Positions 20,443 through 29,562 of a DNA stretch of 64,000 nucleotides are shown here, piece by piece. The translations under genes were made by a program, and so were the position numbers. Each line of letters begins with the position of its first letter. Position 1 is the first letter of the stretch. The stretch is from a virus, in IMG/VR virus record IMGVR_UViG_3300006615_000024. One strand, written 5' to 3'. Under the pieces are notes generated by a model. It was not told where the DNA came from, searched no databases, and saw only the letters and a list, made by a program, of their open reading frames with translations.

Positions 20443-21437
20443 TCACAATACCTCCAACATTTACCGATACAATGCCCTTGGGCTATTAGTGTATTACAAC
20501 TAGGGGCATGATAACCCTTTGAAACTATTCCTGTAACGTACTTTCTAGTAACCTGTTCATCCCAATCTAACCATATCTCATCTTGACTAGCAATAGTCTT
20601 TAGTTCAGACATAACAGTATTAATCAGTTCAGTCTGTTGTTCTAAAGGTAAGTTCCTCTCTCTACCGCTAAGTAAATCTCTATACCACTGAATAAGATAT
20701 ACTCTAGCATAATGGCTAGGGTTCTCTACCATAATTGCATTATTCAAACACGGTAATGTTGGTATCTTCCCAATAGGCTTAGGCATCTTTACTTCAATGT
20801 CTGATACTTCTATTGGTTTAACAGATGGGAAGTTAATCTTCTTAGTTCCGTATTCTAAATCAATAGGAGTCATCGTCTTTGCAGTTTCAAGTATTAAATC
20901 TAAATCTCCTAACTTGTAATTAACAGGAGTACAGAAGTAAGACTTATCATCACCGTAAGTACTACTTAGATTCATAGAGTTAGGTATTCTACGCAATCTA
21001 GTTATCTGAATACCAGTCCTATCAAGTGTAGGATAATCTTTAGCCAAGTCGGTATAATACTGTTGAATGCTTCTAATATCAGTGACCCGTTCTCCCTTAG
21101 CAATAATATGGAAGCCCTTACCACTAAAATAACTTCTGAACATAATGTCTTGTTCTTCTAGTATTTTAGCAACTGATACGAAATCCGAATGGGCTAATTC
21201 TAGTGGCTTATCATGAGCATCAAAATCTAGAAACATTCTATCAAGAATAACAGAAGAATCAATCTGAGTATTGTCATTAATATCTTCAAAATCATATACA
21301 GTGGTATAACAATTCATCTTACCATTGTATTGGTTAAACCAATCAATGTATTCACTTTTTGTTTTTACTACTCTTCTTCTCATCTGCGGAGCGTTTGGGA
21401 GATGACTCCCCGCCCACACTACTCTCGGAAACCTCAT
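20439..21437 (-). CDS. priS: Archaeo-eukaryotic primase: PriS catalytic domain fused to a PriL-like Fe-S C-terminal domain
   Basis: FLDFD, SGKGFH, RLRRIPNS AEP motifs; C-terminal LPC...PSHYAR...PSC...GHCIGKC. Start placed at 21437 after GAGGAGG (track 21470). Confidence 0.85.
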   Translation of the reverse strand: MRFPRVVWAGSHLPNAPQMRRRVVKTKSEYIDWFNQYNGKMNCYTTVYDFEDINDNTQIDSSVILDRMFLDFDAHDKPLELAHSDFVSVAKILEEQDIMFRSYFSGKGFHIIAKGERVTDIRSIQQYYTDLAKDYPTLDRTGIQITRLRRIPNSMNLSSTYGDDKSYFCTPVNYKLGDLDLILETAKTMTPIDLEYGTKKINFPSVKPIEVSDIEVKMPKPIGKIPTLPCLNNAIMVENPSHYARVYLIQWYRDLLSGRERNLPLEQQTELINTVMSELKTIASQDEIWLDWDEQVTRKYVTGIVSKGYHAPSCNTLIAQGHCIGKCWRYCE

Positions 21438-21747
21438 TTGTTTCATCCTCCTCATTTTTATTATTACCAAAGTTTACATTTGCACTCAGTAGTTGTTCTT
21501 GAAGTATGCTTGCTACTTCTAGTTGTATTTGTTCTGTTACTAGGGTCTGAAATAAACCTCCAAACTTTTCCCCATGTGGAATATCTTCCTCTCGTATTAC
21601 CCTTTCCCATACAACAGTTAGTTTTTCCTTAGCGTCTAATTGAGAGTATATCTCTTCTGAGAAATCTCTTACCAAGCGACTCATATTAGTTAAATCTGCA
21701 AAAGTCCATTCTCTAGAACTTAGTATTTTTTCTACTTTATCTTTCAT
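21352..21747 (-). CDS. Hypothetical protein (131 aa); the 3' end overlaps the primase start
   Basis: ORF track; low-complexity charged tail lies in the overlap. Confidence 0.55.
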   Translation of the reverse strand: MKDKVEKILSSREWTFADLTNMSRLVRDFSEEIYSQLDAKEKLTVVWERVIREEDIPHGEKFGGLFQTLVTEQIQLEVASILQEQLLSANVNFGNNKNEEDETNEVSESSVGGESSPKRSADEKKSSKNKK

Positions 21748-21870
21748 TTTTTATTCCTCTCTCTATATGCTTTCTTTCTTCTAAAGTATTCTTCCCACTT
21801 CATTTTCTCCACCTCTTAACCATAGTAGATACAGAACCTATGAAATATATTATACGAATAGCCCATTTCA

Positions 21871-22758
21871 TTATAGCCACCCATCTTCACTAGCAGTATC
21901 ACATATTGAATAATAACTACATGTTGGACAAGTCCTAGCACTATACTTTGTAGGGAATATATTCCTCTCGTAAGCATGAATCAAATTAGCAATCCCCTTC
22001 AATACTGCGGTTACACTTGACTTCTTAGCCTCTTCCACGTACATATGATTAGAAAGAGGATAATACCAAGCCCAATGAGTTATCTCATTATCTCTAGTTA
22101 AACCTAGTTCTTCAATACGTTCATCAGGACAATTTTCGAATAGAAGTTTATAGAAAGCCATTTCTTTTCTCATCATAGTTTTCTTGTATTCCTTCCATTG
22201 ACCAGTCTTCAATTCCATTGGAATATACGCTTCTCCTTCCTGAAACATTCTATCAATGATACCTTGAAGGTGAACAACATAATCTCTTTCCAACCTAATA
22301 GAAGGATAGTCTTCTCTTCGTATTGTAATTTTAGCATCTATTGTTGCTTCGTTAATTACGGGTAAGAAATTGTCTAATGTTCCCTCTTCCTTTGCATCCA
22401 TGAATCTCTTTGCTTCATAGGTTGCCATAGTCTCATAAACATGGCTCATCTCGTCTAAAGGATATAATGTATAACAATAATTAGTTAATTCATCATGGGT
22501 CATATTTTCTGCTTTAGATATATCAAACTCATCAAAGAATGCCTCTCTTGCATTATGTGCAATAGTACCTTTGTACATCGCTTCAGTTGTGTCCTGTGGT
22601 TTTTGCTCAATGTAATTGAACTGATATTTCTTAGGACACCACTGAAAAGAACCAAACGAAGATTTACTTATCTTCAATATAGGAAGACTATCGTCTCCAT
22701 ATGTTTGGGCGTTCCACTGATATGTATATTCTTTTGTGTTGCTTGCAGGTCTACTCAT
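21871..22758 (-). CDS. Solo Cas4-like / PD-(D/E)XK exonuclease with a 4-Cys Fe-S motif
   Basis: QWCPKKY; GIIDRM...MELKTG; C-terminal CPTCSYYSIC. Confidence 0.85.
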   Translation of the reverse strand: MSRPASNTKEYTYQWNAQTYGDDSLPILKISKSSFGSFQWCPKKYQFNYIEQKPQDTTEAMYKGTIAHNAREAFFDEFDISKAENMTHDELTNYCYTLYPLDEMSHVYETMATYEAKRFMDAKEEGTLDNFLPVINEATIDAKITIRREDYPSIRLERDYVVHLQGIIDRMFQEGEAYIPMELKTGQWKEYKKTMMRKEMAFYKLLFENCPDERIEELGLTRDNEITHWAWYYPLSNHMYVEEAKKSSVTAVLKGIANLIHAYERNIFPTKYSARTCPTCSYYSICDTASEDGWL

Positions 22759-23086
22759 TTTTATTCCTCTTTTTAATTATTTTTTCTACTTCTTCTATGT
22801 TAGCAATGATACATCTATCACACTTACAGTCTCTACCATGCTCAGGTGGAGGGGTTTCTATTACGTTCATCTTAGGCATTCCGTTTTCTACATATACGGA
22901 ATAACCCAAGACAAACTTAGGTTCATTGAACAACACGGTTTGTGCTATGAAATCCTCTTTTAGTTCAACTACATCATCTCTTTCTTCTTCTTTATTGAAG
23001 TACTTATTATAGAGAGCGAGTATCTTATCAGCCCTACGCTTGTTAGACCAAGATAAACTTCTGTAAAATCTACTTCTCAAAACCAA
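22751..23086 (-). CDS. Hypothetical protein (CxCxxC near the C-terminus)
   Basis: 111-aa ORF overlapping both neighbours in the operon. Confidence 0.5.
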   Translation of the reverse strand: MVLRSRFYRSLSWSNKRRADKILALYNKYFNKEEERDDVVELKEDFIAQTVLFNEPKFVLGYSVYVENGMPKMNVIETPPPEHGRDCKCDRCIIANIEEVEKIIKKRNKNE

Positions 23087-23994
23087 TCCTCCACACTACT
23101 TTGTTTTCTATCTCGGTATATTTGGGTTATATCCCAACCCATTGCTTCATAAATAGGTTCTGCCTTACTAATAATAGAACTAGCATAATGCCTGTAATCG
23201 GGTGTATAACTAGATAATCCTTCTAATGTCATTGCAGACACATAGTTAGGAACTACGTCATTTCTATTAAGAGGATGAAAGTAAGTATCGTTCAAGTCTT
23301 TGACTCGTAGATACAGATAAGAATCATCAATCATGTTATCAGGGTTCTTTGTATTATGATATAATACACCTTCAATACCTGAACCTATTGTTGGCCTCTT
23401 ACCTTTCATAGTTATGAAACTAGGTTTATTACAACATGGGAATCTTTTACCATCAACAATATTAGCAAGTTCATGCAGGTGATACTTAGATGTTTTACTA
23501 AACAAACGAATACAAGTAGAACACTTTACCTGAAAACGTTCTTCTCTAAACCTACTACGTTGGGCTAACATTGATTTATCAATGTCACCATTAAGAACCT
23601 TAAAGTATTCTTCGTGTAAATAGTTAGTAATGTCTTCTTCAGACTCTTCCTTAACCCACCTATCTAAAACCTCTAGTTGAATCTTCTTTGCTAATGGAGT
23701 AATTGCTACTCTCTTAGCAGTAAAACCCGTCATAGTAAACTCCAAATCATCTAGGTGCTTACCATCTTTCCATGAGATTAAACCTGCGTTTCTGTTTTTC
23801 TTACATCCTACACCTAAAGTCTTGAAGAACTTCTCAAACTCAAGTGTTACAGGATGTTCTTCTAAACCTAGAACATTAGGAAATATCCCTCTAACATGTT
23901 CGTTCAACTCATCTAATACTAGTTGTGCCTTTTCAACACTGTCATCTTCCATCTTAACATAGATAGAATCTGTATGTCCATAAACTACTTTCAT
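23077..23994 (-). CDS. polB: Family B DNA polymerase, C-terminal part (motif C, palm/thumb, PIP box)
   Basis: VVYGHTDSIYV (YGDTDS variant), LEFEK, KKNRNAG, GFTAKR; C-terminal QSSVEDWF PIP box. Confidence 0.9.
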   Translation of the reverse strand: MKVVYGHTDSIYVKMEDDSVEKAQLVLDELNEHVRGIFPNVLGLEEHPVTLEFEKFFKTLGVGCKKNRNAGLISWKDGKHLDDLEFTMTGFTAKRVAITPLAKKIQLEVLDRWVKEESEEDITNYLHEEYFKVLNGDIDKSMLAQRSRFREERFQVKCSTCIRLFSKTSKYHLHELANIVDGKRFPCCNKPSFITMKGKRPTIGSGIEGVLYHNTKNPDNMIDDSYLYLRVKDLNDTYFHPLNRNDVVPNYVSAMTLEGLSSYTPDYRHYASSIISKAEPIYEAMGWDITQIYRDRKQSSVEDWF

Positions 23995-24212
23995 ATTATA
24001 TTCACATCCTGCAATAGAGATATTAAACCATAGAAGAATACACCTACTGCAAGATACTTTAGAATAACATAACCATCTTCAATCAACTCTATTGTTAGTC
24101 TCTGAATCTTTTCGGCTCTAGATGGAGCAAACTCTTCTATCATCTTTCTATTCATTTCTTCAACTTCTTCTTGTAGTTGTTCTACATCTATCTTTGCTGT
24201 TTTAATTGGCAT
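23991..24212 (-). CDS. Small protein with a C-terminal TM helix, inserted between the PolB halves
   Basis: 73 aa; GYVILKYLAVGVFFYGLISLL hydrophobic segment; overlaps both polB ORFs. Confidence 0.6.
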   Translation of the reverse strand: MPIKTAKIDVEQLQEEVEEMNRKMIEEFAPSRAEKIQRLTIELIEDGYVILKYLAVGVFFYGLISLLQDVNII

Positions 24213-25893
24213 TTATATCCCTCACTTTGAAAGCGGCTTCTCTGATTGCCTGTCTTGCACTAGCAGTGACACTAGCGGCTAAAGCAACATTAGCCCAACC
24301 AAATCCCTGATACGCAATGATGCCATAAAAAGACGCAGAAAGCCTCTTTACTGCTAACTGATTATTATTCCACTTAGCGTATTCATCTTTAGTTGTTGCT
24401 TGTTTCATCTTCTTCTTATATTCGTCTCTTAACTCTTTTAAGTCAAGTACTGCTTTAGGTAGTAAACCTAACTCATCTGTTTTGAAATACATCATCTCTT
24501 CTCTTTTAACTTCACTAAAATCTCTAGGTGTTGCTAGGTTAACAGCAAAGTCTGTTGGTTCTTCTGAAATAGTCTCCCAAGATATATTACGTGAAATTAT
24601 CATCGAAGGATATAGCCCTGCAAAATCAAATGCGGCAACGTTCTGATGAAGGCCATTTGTACCTTCACTGAGAGGGTCGTATATCATTGCCCCCTCATAC
24701 TCTTTACGCTCACCTTTCTCCCCCGTAGGGGCTTTCCAAGTAGCATTACGCATGAAATATATCCCTCCCATATTGCTTGCATAGAAACATGCATCAAATG
24801 GTGCTTTCAGTAATCGTTGTAATGATAGAACAGCGTCAACACAATGATTCTCTTCATCAATTCTTTTGATTAACTCAACATCCTTGAAAGCATATTCTAG
24901 ATAGGTATCTGAATCTTCTAACCATGCCCTTCTAAAGAACTCATTCTTATCAGGAAACTTCTCACTCACTAACTTAACATCACCAAGTACACTTTCTGAA
25001 ACATAGTCCAAAGAGAGTGAAGGTAAAGTTCCACGTTGAGCATCATTCCATTGTCGCTCAAATACTAAATCAAGTGCTACTGTAATCATACCTTTAATTG
25101 GTTGAGATACAGGAGAGTAACCTTCTACTCTTGATTTCCATATAGTTGGCTTGTTCTTCTTCCAACCAATACCAGTTATCTCATCAAATGGAGATAGTAG
25201 TCTTGGGTCTATTCCGTGATGTACCATTCTAGTGAATAGTACAGGTATGTCGAACTTCCATCCGAACCATGAGATAAGCATATCAGGTTCTTTGTCCATA
25301 GCAAATGCTAGAAACCCTGTAAGCATATTATGCTCTCCTGTATATCTATGAAGAATGAAGTTATCATTATCTTTCAATACTACATTCCTAGCCTCATCAG
25401 GATACCAAGCAAATACATGATACTCATCATCATAGTTATCGTATATTACAATACAAGTAATTGCTTCATCATACTTACCACCTTGTTGCCATTCCATATC
25501 CCAATACCATCTACGTAAGTTTTGTTCAGGTATTTCTTTTACTTCATCAACTGCATATCTATAATGATGTTGAACATCACCCTCATATGTTTTCATACCT
25601 CTAGCCTCTAAAACTATTCTTACATCTTTAGCATATTTAGGATGTTTGGGTTGCCAAGTTACTTTGTGAAGTCTGTCACCGTTTAGGTTAACCTCATCTG
25701 TACTTTCAAACATTACTTTAATTTGAAATGTGCCTAAGTTATCCTTACACTTGAAAGTAAATGGTAGGGCAGAGTGTGCTTTATCTGCATACATGTAAGG
25801 TTGAAAGTCGGAGTGAGACACAATCTTACTTTGTATCTCATCTCCTTCTCTCCATCTTAATCCTATTCCATTTTCTGTTTTACATATTATCAT
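24202..25893 (-). CDS. polB: Family B DNA polymerase, N-terminal part (3'-5' exonuclease, motifs A and B)
   Basis: WDMEW, KFDIPVL, YAFKD exonuclease motifs; YEGAMI; DFAGLYPSMII (motif A); KRLSASFYG (motif B variant). Confidence 0.92.
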   Translation of the reverse strand: MIICKTENGIGLRWREGDEIQSKIVSHSDFQPYMYADKAHSALPFTFKCKDNLGTFQIKVMFESTDEVNLNGDRLHKVTWQPKHPKYAKDVRIVLEARGMKTYEGDVQHHYRYAVDEVKEIPEQNLRRWYWDMEWQQGGKYDEAITCIVIYDNYDDEYHVFAWYPDEARNVVLKDNDNFILHRYTGEHNMLTGFLAFAMDKEPDMLISWFGWKFDIPVLFTRMVHHGIDPRLLSPFDEITGIGWKKNKPTIWKSRVEGYSPVSQPIKGMITVALDLVFERQWNDAQRGTLPSLSLDYVSESVLGDVKLVSEKFPDKNEFFRRAWLEDSDTYLEYAFKDVELIKRIDEENHCVDAVLSLQRLLKAPFDACFYASNMGGIYFMRNATWKAPTGEKGERKEYEGAMIYDPLSEGTNGLHQNVAAFDFAGLYPSMIISRNISWETISEEPTDFAVNLATPRDFSEVKREEMMYFKTDELGLLPKAVLDLKELRDEYKKKMKQATTKDEYAKWNNNQLAVKRLSASFYGIIAYQGFGWANVALAASVTASARQAIREAAFKVRDINAN

Positions 25894-25992
25894 TATTATT
25901 CCTCTTCTATATTAAAACCGGATAAATCAACGGCTGACAGTCCAGTTCCGCTAGTTTCTAACCAAATTAACTTTATTCTTTCATCCATATAC

Positions 25993-26772
25993 TCACCTGT
26001 TAAGATATGGTGCTTTCAATAATAGTCTGTTTGTTGTTACGAAAAGAACAGGAGCATCATCCTTTAGATACAGTCTAACTGCACCATTCAAGAACTTTGC
26101 AAACTGTCCATTGAACTCAACAGTAGCACTATCACCTTCTGCAATAGTGTACTCTACATTAGTATCAATAGTCTCATTCATTGTCTTAGTACTCGACATT
26201 GTTAATACTTCATCATCAAAGTTAAACTTGTATCTAGCAATGTTAACTACATCACATACAGAACTTGCTCTTGCTAACTCATCTTCTGATATTACTATCT
26301 CTGCTTCGAACTGAGTCTTACCGAAGATAGGTAACTCATCACCCCAAGAAGGAGTGTCGCTTCTCATATCATTAGTAAATGTAACAATCCTACCAATGTA
26401 ATCATTGTGAGGGTGTTCTGAAACTAACGGCACTTTAGCAGTAGCAGTTTGTGTTTCTGTTTGTGTTATTGTTAAGTAATCACCAACACGTAACGTTACT
26501 TCACCAGTAAACGCCTTAAGATATTTTACTGTCTTCTCGATATCAACTATCCAAGAAGCAGTTGCAATACCCTCATTCGGTACTCTTGCGGCACATATGG
26601 TTGTAGTATCTGCATTGTAGGCGTGAAGGTATTCACCGTCACTGATAAGCCAAGCATAATTACTCAACTGACCATTCTTACTAGCGTCTCCACTATTGTA
26701 TTTACCTTTCAATGCAACACTTTCTATCAAGTCTTTGAACTCGCTTACTTCTATTTCTATTGTTATTACCAT
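25993..26772 (-). CDS. pcn: DNA sliding clamp (PCNA-like)
   Basis: 259 aa; F..LI..V, LHAYNAD, VDIEKTVKYLK, C-terminal DAPVLF...LLKAPY; adjacent to polB. Confidence 0.75.
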   Translation of the reverse strand: MVITIEIEVSEFKDLIESVALKGKYNSGDASKNGQLSNYAWLISDGEYLHAYNADTTTICAARVPNEGIATASWIVDIEKTVKYLKAFTGEVTLRVGDYLTITQTETQTATAKVPLVSEHPHNDYIGRIVTFTNDMRSDTPSWGDELPIFGKTQFEAEIVISEDELARASSVCDVVNIARYKFNFDDEVLTMSSTKTMNETIDTNVEYTIAEGDSATVEFNGQFAKFLNGAVRLYLKDDAPVLFVTTNRLLLKAPYLNR

Positions 26773-26784
26773 ATTATTATCTCC

Positions 26785-27624
26785 TTAAAGTTCGCCTTTT
26801 TTTATTTCTTCAACGCCTGTCCAATCAACATTACCGTCTTTGATAACTAGTACCTTTCTTCTACTACCAATCAGTTCAGGCTTTCTTGCACTTGCTTCAA
26901 ACAAAGCAGTATATTCTGCTCCGCCTTTTCTTAAGTCTCTCTGCATACGAATTGTAGCAGTAAAGATATCTTCTGTTGAGTCATGCCAATTAGCAATAAC
27001 ACCAACAGGGTTAGGGTTTCCCGCATACTTATCTTTAGAGTGAGCAATCACTATTCTATGACAAGCCATTTCTAGAACTTGCTTATGTAAAAAGTTCTTG
27101 TAAGGAGTATTTCTATCTCCCCAAACATACGGCGGTTGTTTGATAACAGTATCTGCATCCATCTTGTGTTTGTTTCTCATGTGAGTTTCACAAACATCTG
27201 TAAGTAGTTTATCTGCACCATCTACAATTACGGCTTTTAGTTTACCTTCTGCTAAACACTCCATAGCCATTTCATAAAAGGTTCTTGCATTAGCCATAGT
27301 CGCTTCAAAGTTAACCAAACTATTTCCCTCTCTTTCGATAGGGTTATCTACAACAATATTTGCTATATTACCATAGTGGTTTCTCTTAACGTCAATAGCC
27401 CTGTTGTCAAAATCAAAAACATATACTTTCATATCATTCTTAATATCTTCATCAGTTAAAATATCTAACGATATTGCTGACTTAGCGGATTTGGGTTCTC
27501 CCCAAATACCTAGACACATGTATGACTGTGCTACTTCTGCCTTATACTTGATTTGCTCAAGCCTTTCTTTCTTTCGTTCTTCAAACGTCTTAGTTTCTGT
27601 ACTTTTTCCTGTGTTCCAACTCAT
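26785..27624 (-). CDS. RecA/RadA-superfamily ATPase (AAA_24/Sak4-like recombinase)
   Basis: GIWGEPKSAKS Walker A variant, VFDFD, VIVDG Walker B, IVIAHSK. Start uncertain (27624-27648). Confidence 0.75.
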   Translation of the reverse strand: MSWNTGKSTETKTFEERKKERLEQIKYKAEVAQSYMCLGIWGEPKSAKSAISLDILTDEDIKNDMKVYVFDFDNRAIDVKRNHYGNIANIVVDNPIEREGNSLVNFEATMANARTFYEMAMECLAEGKLKAVIVDGADKLLTDVCETHMRNKHKMDADTVIKQPPYVWGDRNTPYKNFLHKQVLEMACHRIVIAHSKDKYAGNPNPVGVIANWHDSTEDIFTATIRMQRDLRKGGAEYTALFEASARKPELIGSRRKVLVIKDGNVDWTGVEEIKKGEL

Positions 27625-27895
27625 ATTCATTCCTATTCCTATTTTCAAATTGCACTAAATCATTACCAACTGTTGCTAGTATTTCATTTAGTCCATCTTT
27701 ATCTACCTTTACTCTTATTTCTTTACCGGATTTAGTATGTAATTTCATCCAAATCTCGTTTTTAAGTTCGTTATTGGGTTTCCAAGTAACAAAATCAATG
27801 TTACTGACCCTTATTGCATATGACTGACCATGAATTATATCATCATCATCAGCATACGAAGTTATCGTATATTCATTATAGTATCCTTTATTCAT
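27590..27895 (-). CDS. Hypothetical protein
   Basis: 101-aa ORF with a GGAGG SD. Confidence 0.55.
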   Translation of the reverse strand: MNKGYYNEYTITSYADDDDIIHGQSYAIRVSNIDFVTWKPNNELKNEIWMKLHTKSGKEIRVKVDKDGLNEILATVGNDLVQFENRNRNEYELEHRKKYRN

Positions 27896-27917
27896 TTAAT
27901 TTCCTCCTTAAGAGTTA

Positions 27918-27944
27918 GGGGCGTTGCACCCCTAAGACCAACAA
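27918..27944 (-). terminator. GC-rich stem-loop after the ssb gene
   Basis: TTAGGGG-N7-CCCCTAA inverted repeat just past the stop codon; coordinates approximate. Confidence 0.45.
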
Positions 27945-27972
27945 TATGTGTATGGTTACACGGTTACAATAA

Positions 27973-29226
27973 TTAGACTGGCATCCAATCGTCATCAAAC
28001 CCATCAGAGTCATCCTCTATATGGGTGATTTCGTCAGGACTGCCGCCTCTAGCCTTTGTTACTAATATCCCATTAACATTTAATGAAATAGGTCTTAGAT
28101 TACCTTCATCATCAGTACCTTGTGAAGTTCTACCAACAACAACAACCTTTGACCCAATACCAAAGTCTATTTCTATGTGCGGTGGTGTCCAACATGTTAG
28201 GTTATCATCATCTAGAGAAAACTCCGAATTGAAGTCTGCTAGAACAAAGTATCTATTACCATTCTTTGTCTGATTCATGTTAACAGTAGTAACATCACCA
28301 TCAGTAAATACAAACCTATCATTGTAGTCTTTATCCATAACCATACTATGTGCTTGTCCTAAGTCAACAATAGGACAGAAGTTTGCTTCGCTGTATTCCA
28401 TTAAAGCGTCTTGCATGTTTATGTCAGATGTATCTTCTTTACGAGGGTCATCATCAGCAAGAGAACTGTTTACAACAAGAGACTCTAGAGTTCTTGCTTT
28501 TCCACCATGTATCTTAGTACCATCATTCGAGTTTAAGATACAATCAAAGTGTACAAACTCAAAGGTCTTAGGAGTGAAGTCCTTCGTAGACTCTCCTTTG
28601 TAGTTAAAGAAGAACTTACCGAACTTACCATCAACTTCTCCGATGAAAACACCTGAGCGTCTCCATTCTGAAACAGCAAGTGGTTTACCATATCTTGCTT
28701 TATTCCAATCAGCATCGTTTGTGTCAAGAGGAGTAACGTATGTACCGTCATCCATGTCAGTATGGTTAGCAGGTAGTTTATCCATAGTCTTAACTAACTC
28801 TTCACCATCTCTCATCATTCTACCTTCGTACTTACCATCAACTTCAGTGAACACTGCTACTTGACCAGTAGAGAAAGACGTATCTTTATCTCTTCTATAA
28901 TCAGTAATAACTGCTTCATTCTTTCTTGCTAACATATCTCTTGCTTCATCTAGTGATGCAAAGAAACCAAATGCTTGCTTGTAAAATCCGCCACCACTTG
29001 TTGTAGTGCTGTTTCCGCCATTACCATTACCACTGTTCTTTTGCGCTCTTAACGCACTGTTGTAGTACTCTTTCCACAAGTTGAGACATAACATGCCTTC
29101 CTCTTGGACACTAACGTTGTTCTTCTGACATATGTCATCGAACCTCGCTAGTGCTTCTGCTTCGGTTAAACCGATTGCAGACGCTGTTTTCGCTATCATT
29201 TCCTTTATTTCATTTTCATTTTTCAT
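27973..29226 (-). CDS. RPA-like single-stranded DNA-binding protein (OB folds, acidic tail)
   Basis: OB-like strands (GDVTTV...FVLAD...CW...FGIGSKVVVVGRT) and acidic C-terminus DDSDGFDDDW; replisome context. Confidence 0.7.
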   Translation of the reverse strand: MKNENEIKEMIAKTASAIGLTEAEALARFDDICQKNNVSVQEEGMLCLNLWKEYYNSALRAQKNSGNGNGGNSTTTSGGGFYKQAFGFFASLDEARDMLARKNEAVITDYRRDKDTSFSTGQVAVFTEVDGKYEGRMMRDGEELVKTMDKLPANHTDMDDGTYVTPLDTNDADWNKARYGKPLAVSEWRRSGVFIGEVDGKFGKFFFNYKGESTKDFTPKTFEFVHFDCILNSNDGTKIHGGKARTLESLVVNSSLADDDPRKEDTSDINMQDALMEYSEANFCPIVDLGQAHSMVMDKDYNDRFVFTDGDVTTVNMNQTKNGNRYFVLADFNSEFSLDDDNLTCWTPPHIEIDFGIGSKVVVVGRTSQGTDDEGNLRPISLNVNGILVTKARGGSPDEITHIEDDSDGFDDDWMPV

Positions 29227-29486
29227 TTATTTTTTCCTCCTTTTGGGGTTTTCATTCTTTTCTTTTCGTGTCTTATTTCCACTAATCCTTCTGTCAGCAT
29301 GACTACGCCACACAATATCCAAAAGAAATTAGAATCTACGCTGATATAATTTAGCGTGTTTAGTACAGGCAGTACTATCAGCAACGCACCGCCTAACGCT
29401 ATTATCTCATAGCGTAGTAGTAGATGTTTAACATCTTCAATATCTACTACGCCGTCTTCATTAATATCTAATTTACTCATTACCAT
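29223..29486 (-). CDS. Two-TM membrane protein with an N-terminal EF-hand/dockerin-like loop (holin-like topology)
   Basis: DINEDGVVDIED loop, two hydrophobic helices, basic C-tail. Confidence 0.5.
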   Translation of the reverse strand: MVMSKLDINEDGVVDIEDVKHLLLRYEIIALGGALLIVLPVLNTLNYISVDSNFFWILCGVVMLTEGLVEIRHEKKRMKTPKGGKNK

Positions 29487-29562
29487 CTCCTCCTACCTCG
29501 TTTATCCATTCTCATTAAAAATCTCAATACAATAAACCCAAGTAAAACTGCTACTCCTTCCA

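Noticed and set aside
21352-21437. 86-nt overlap between the 131-aa ORF and the primase as a dual-coding feature
   Set aside because: The overlapping tail is low-complexity and most likely a simple stop-codon extension
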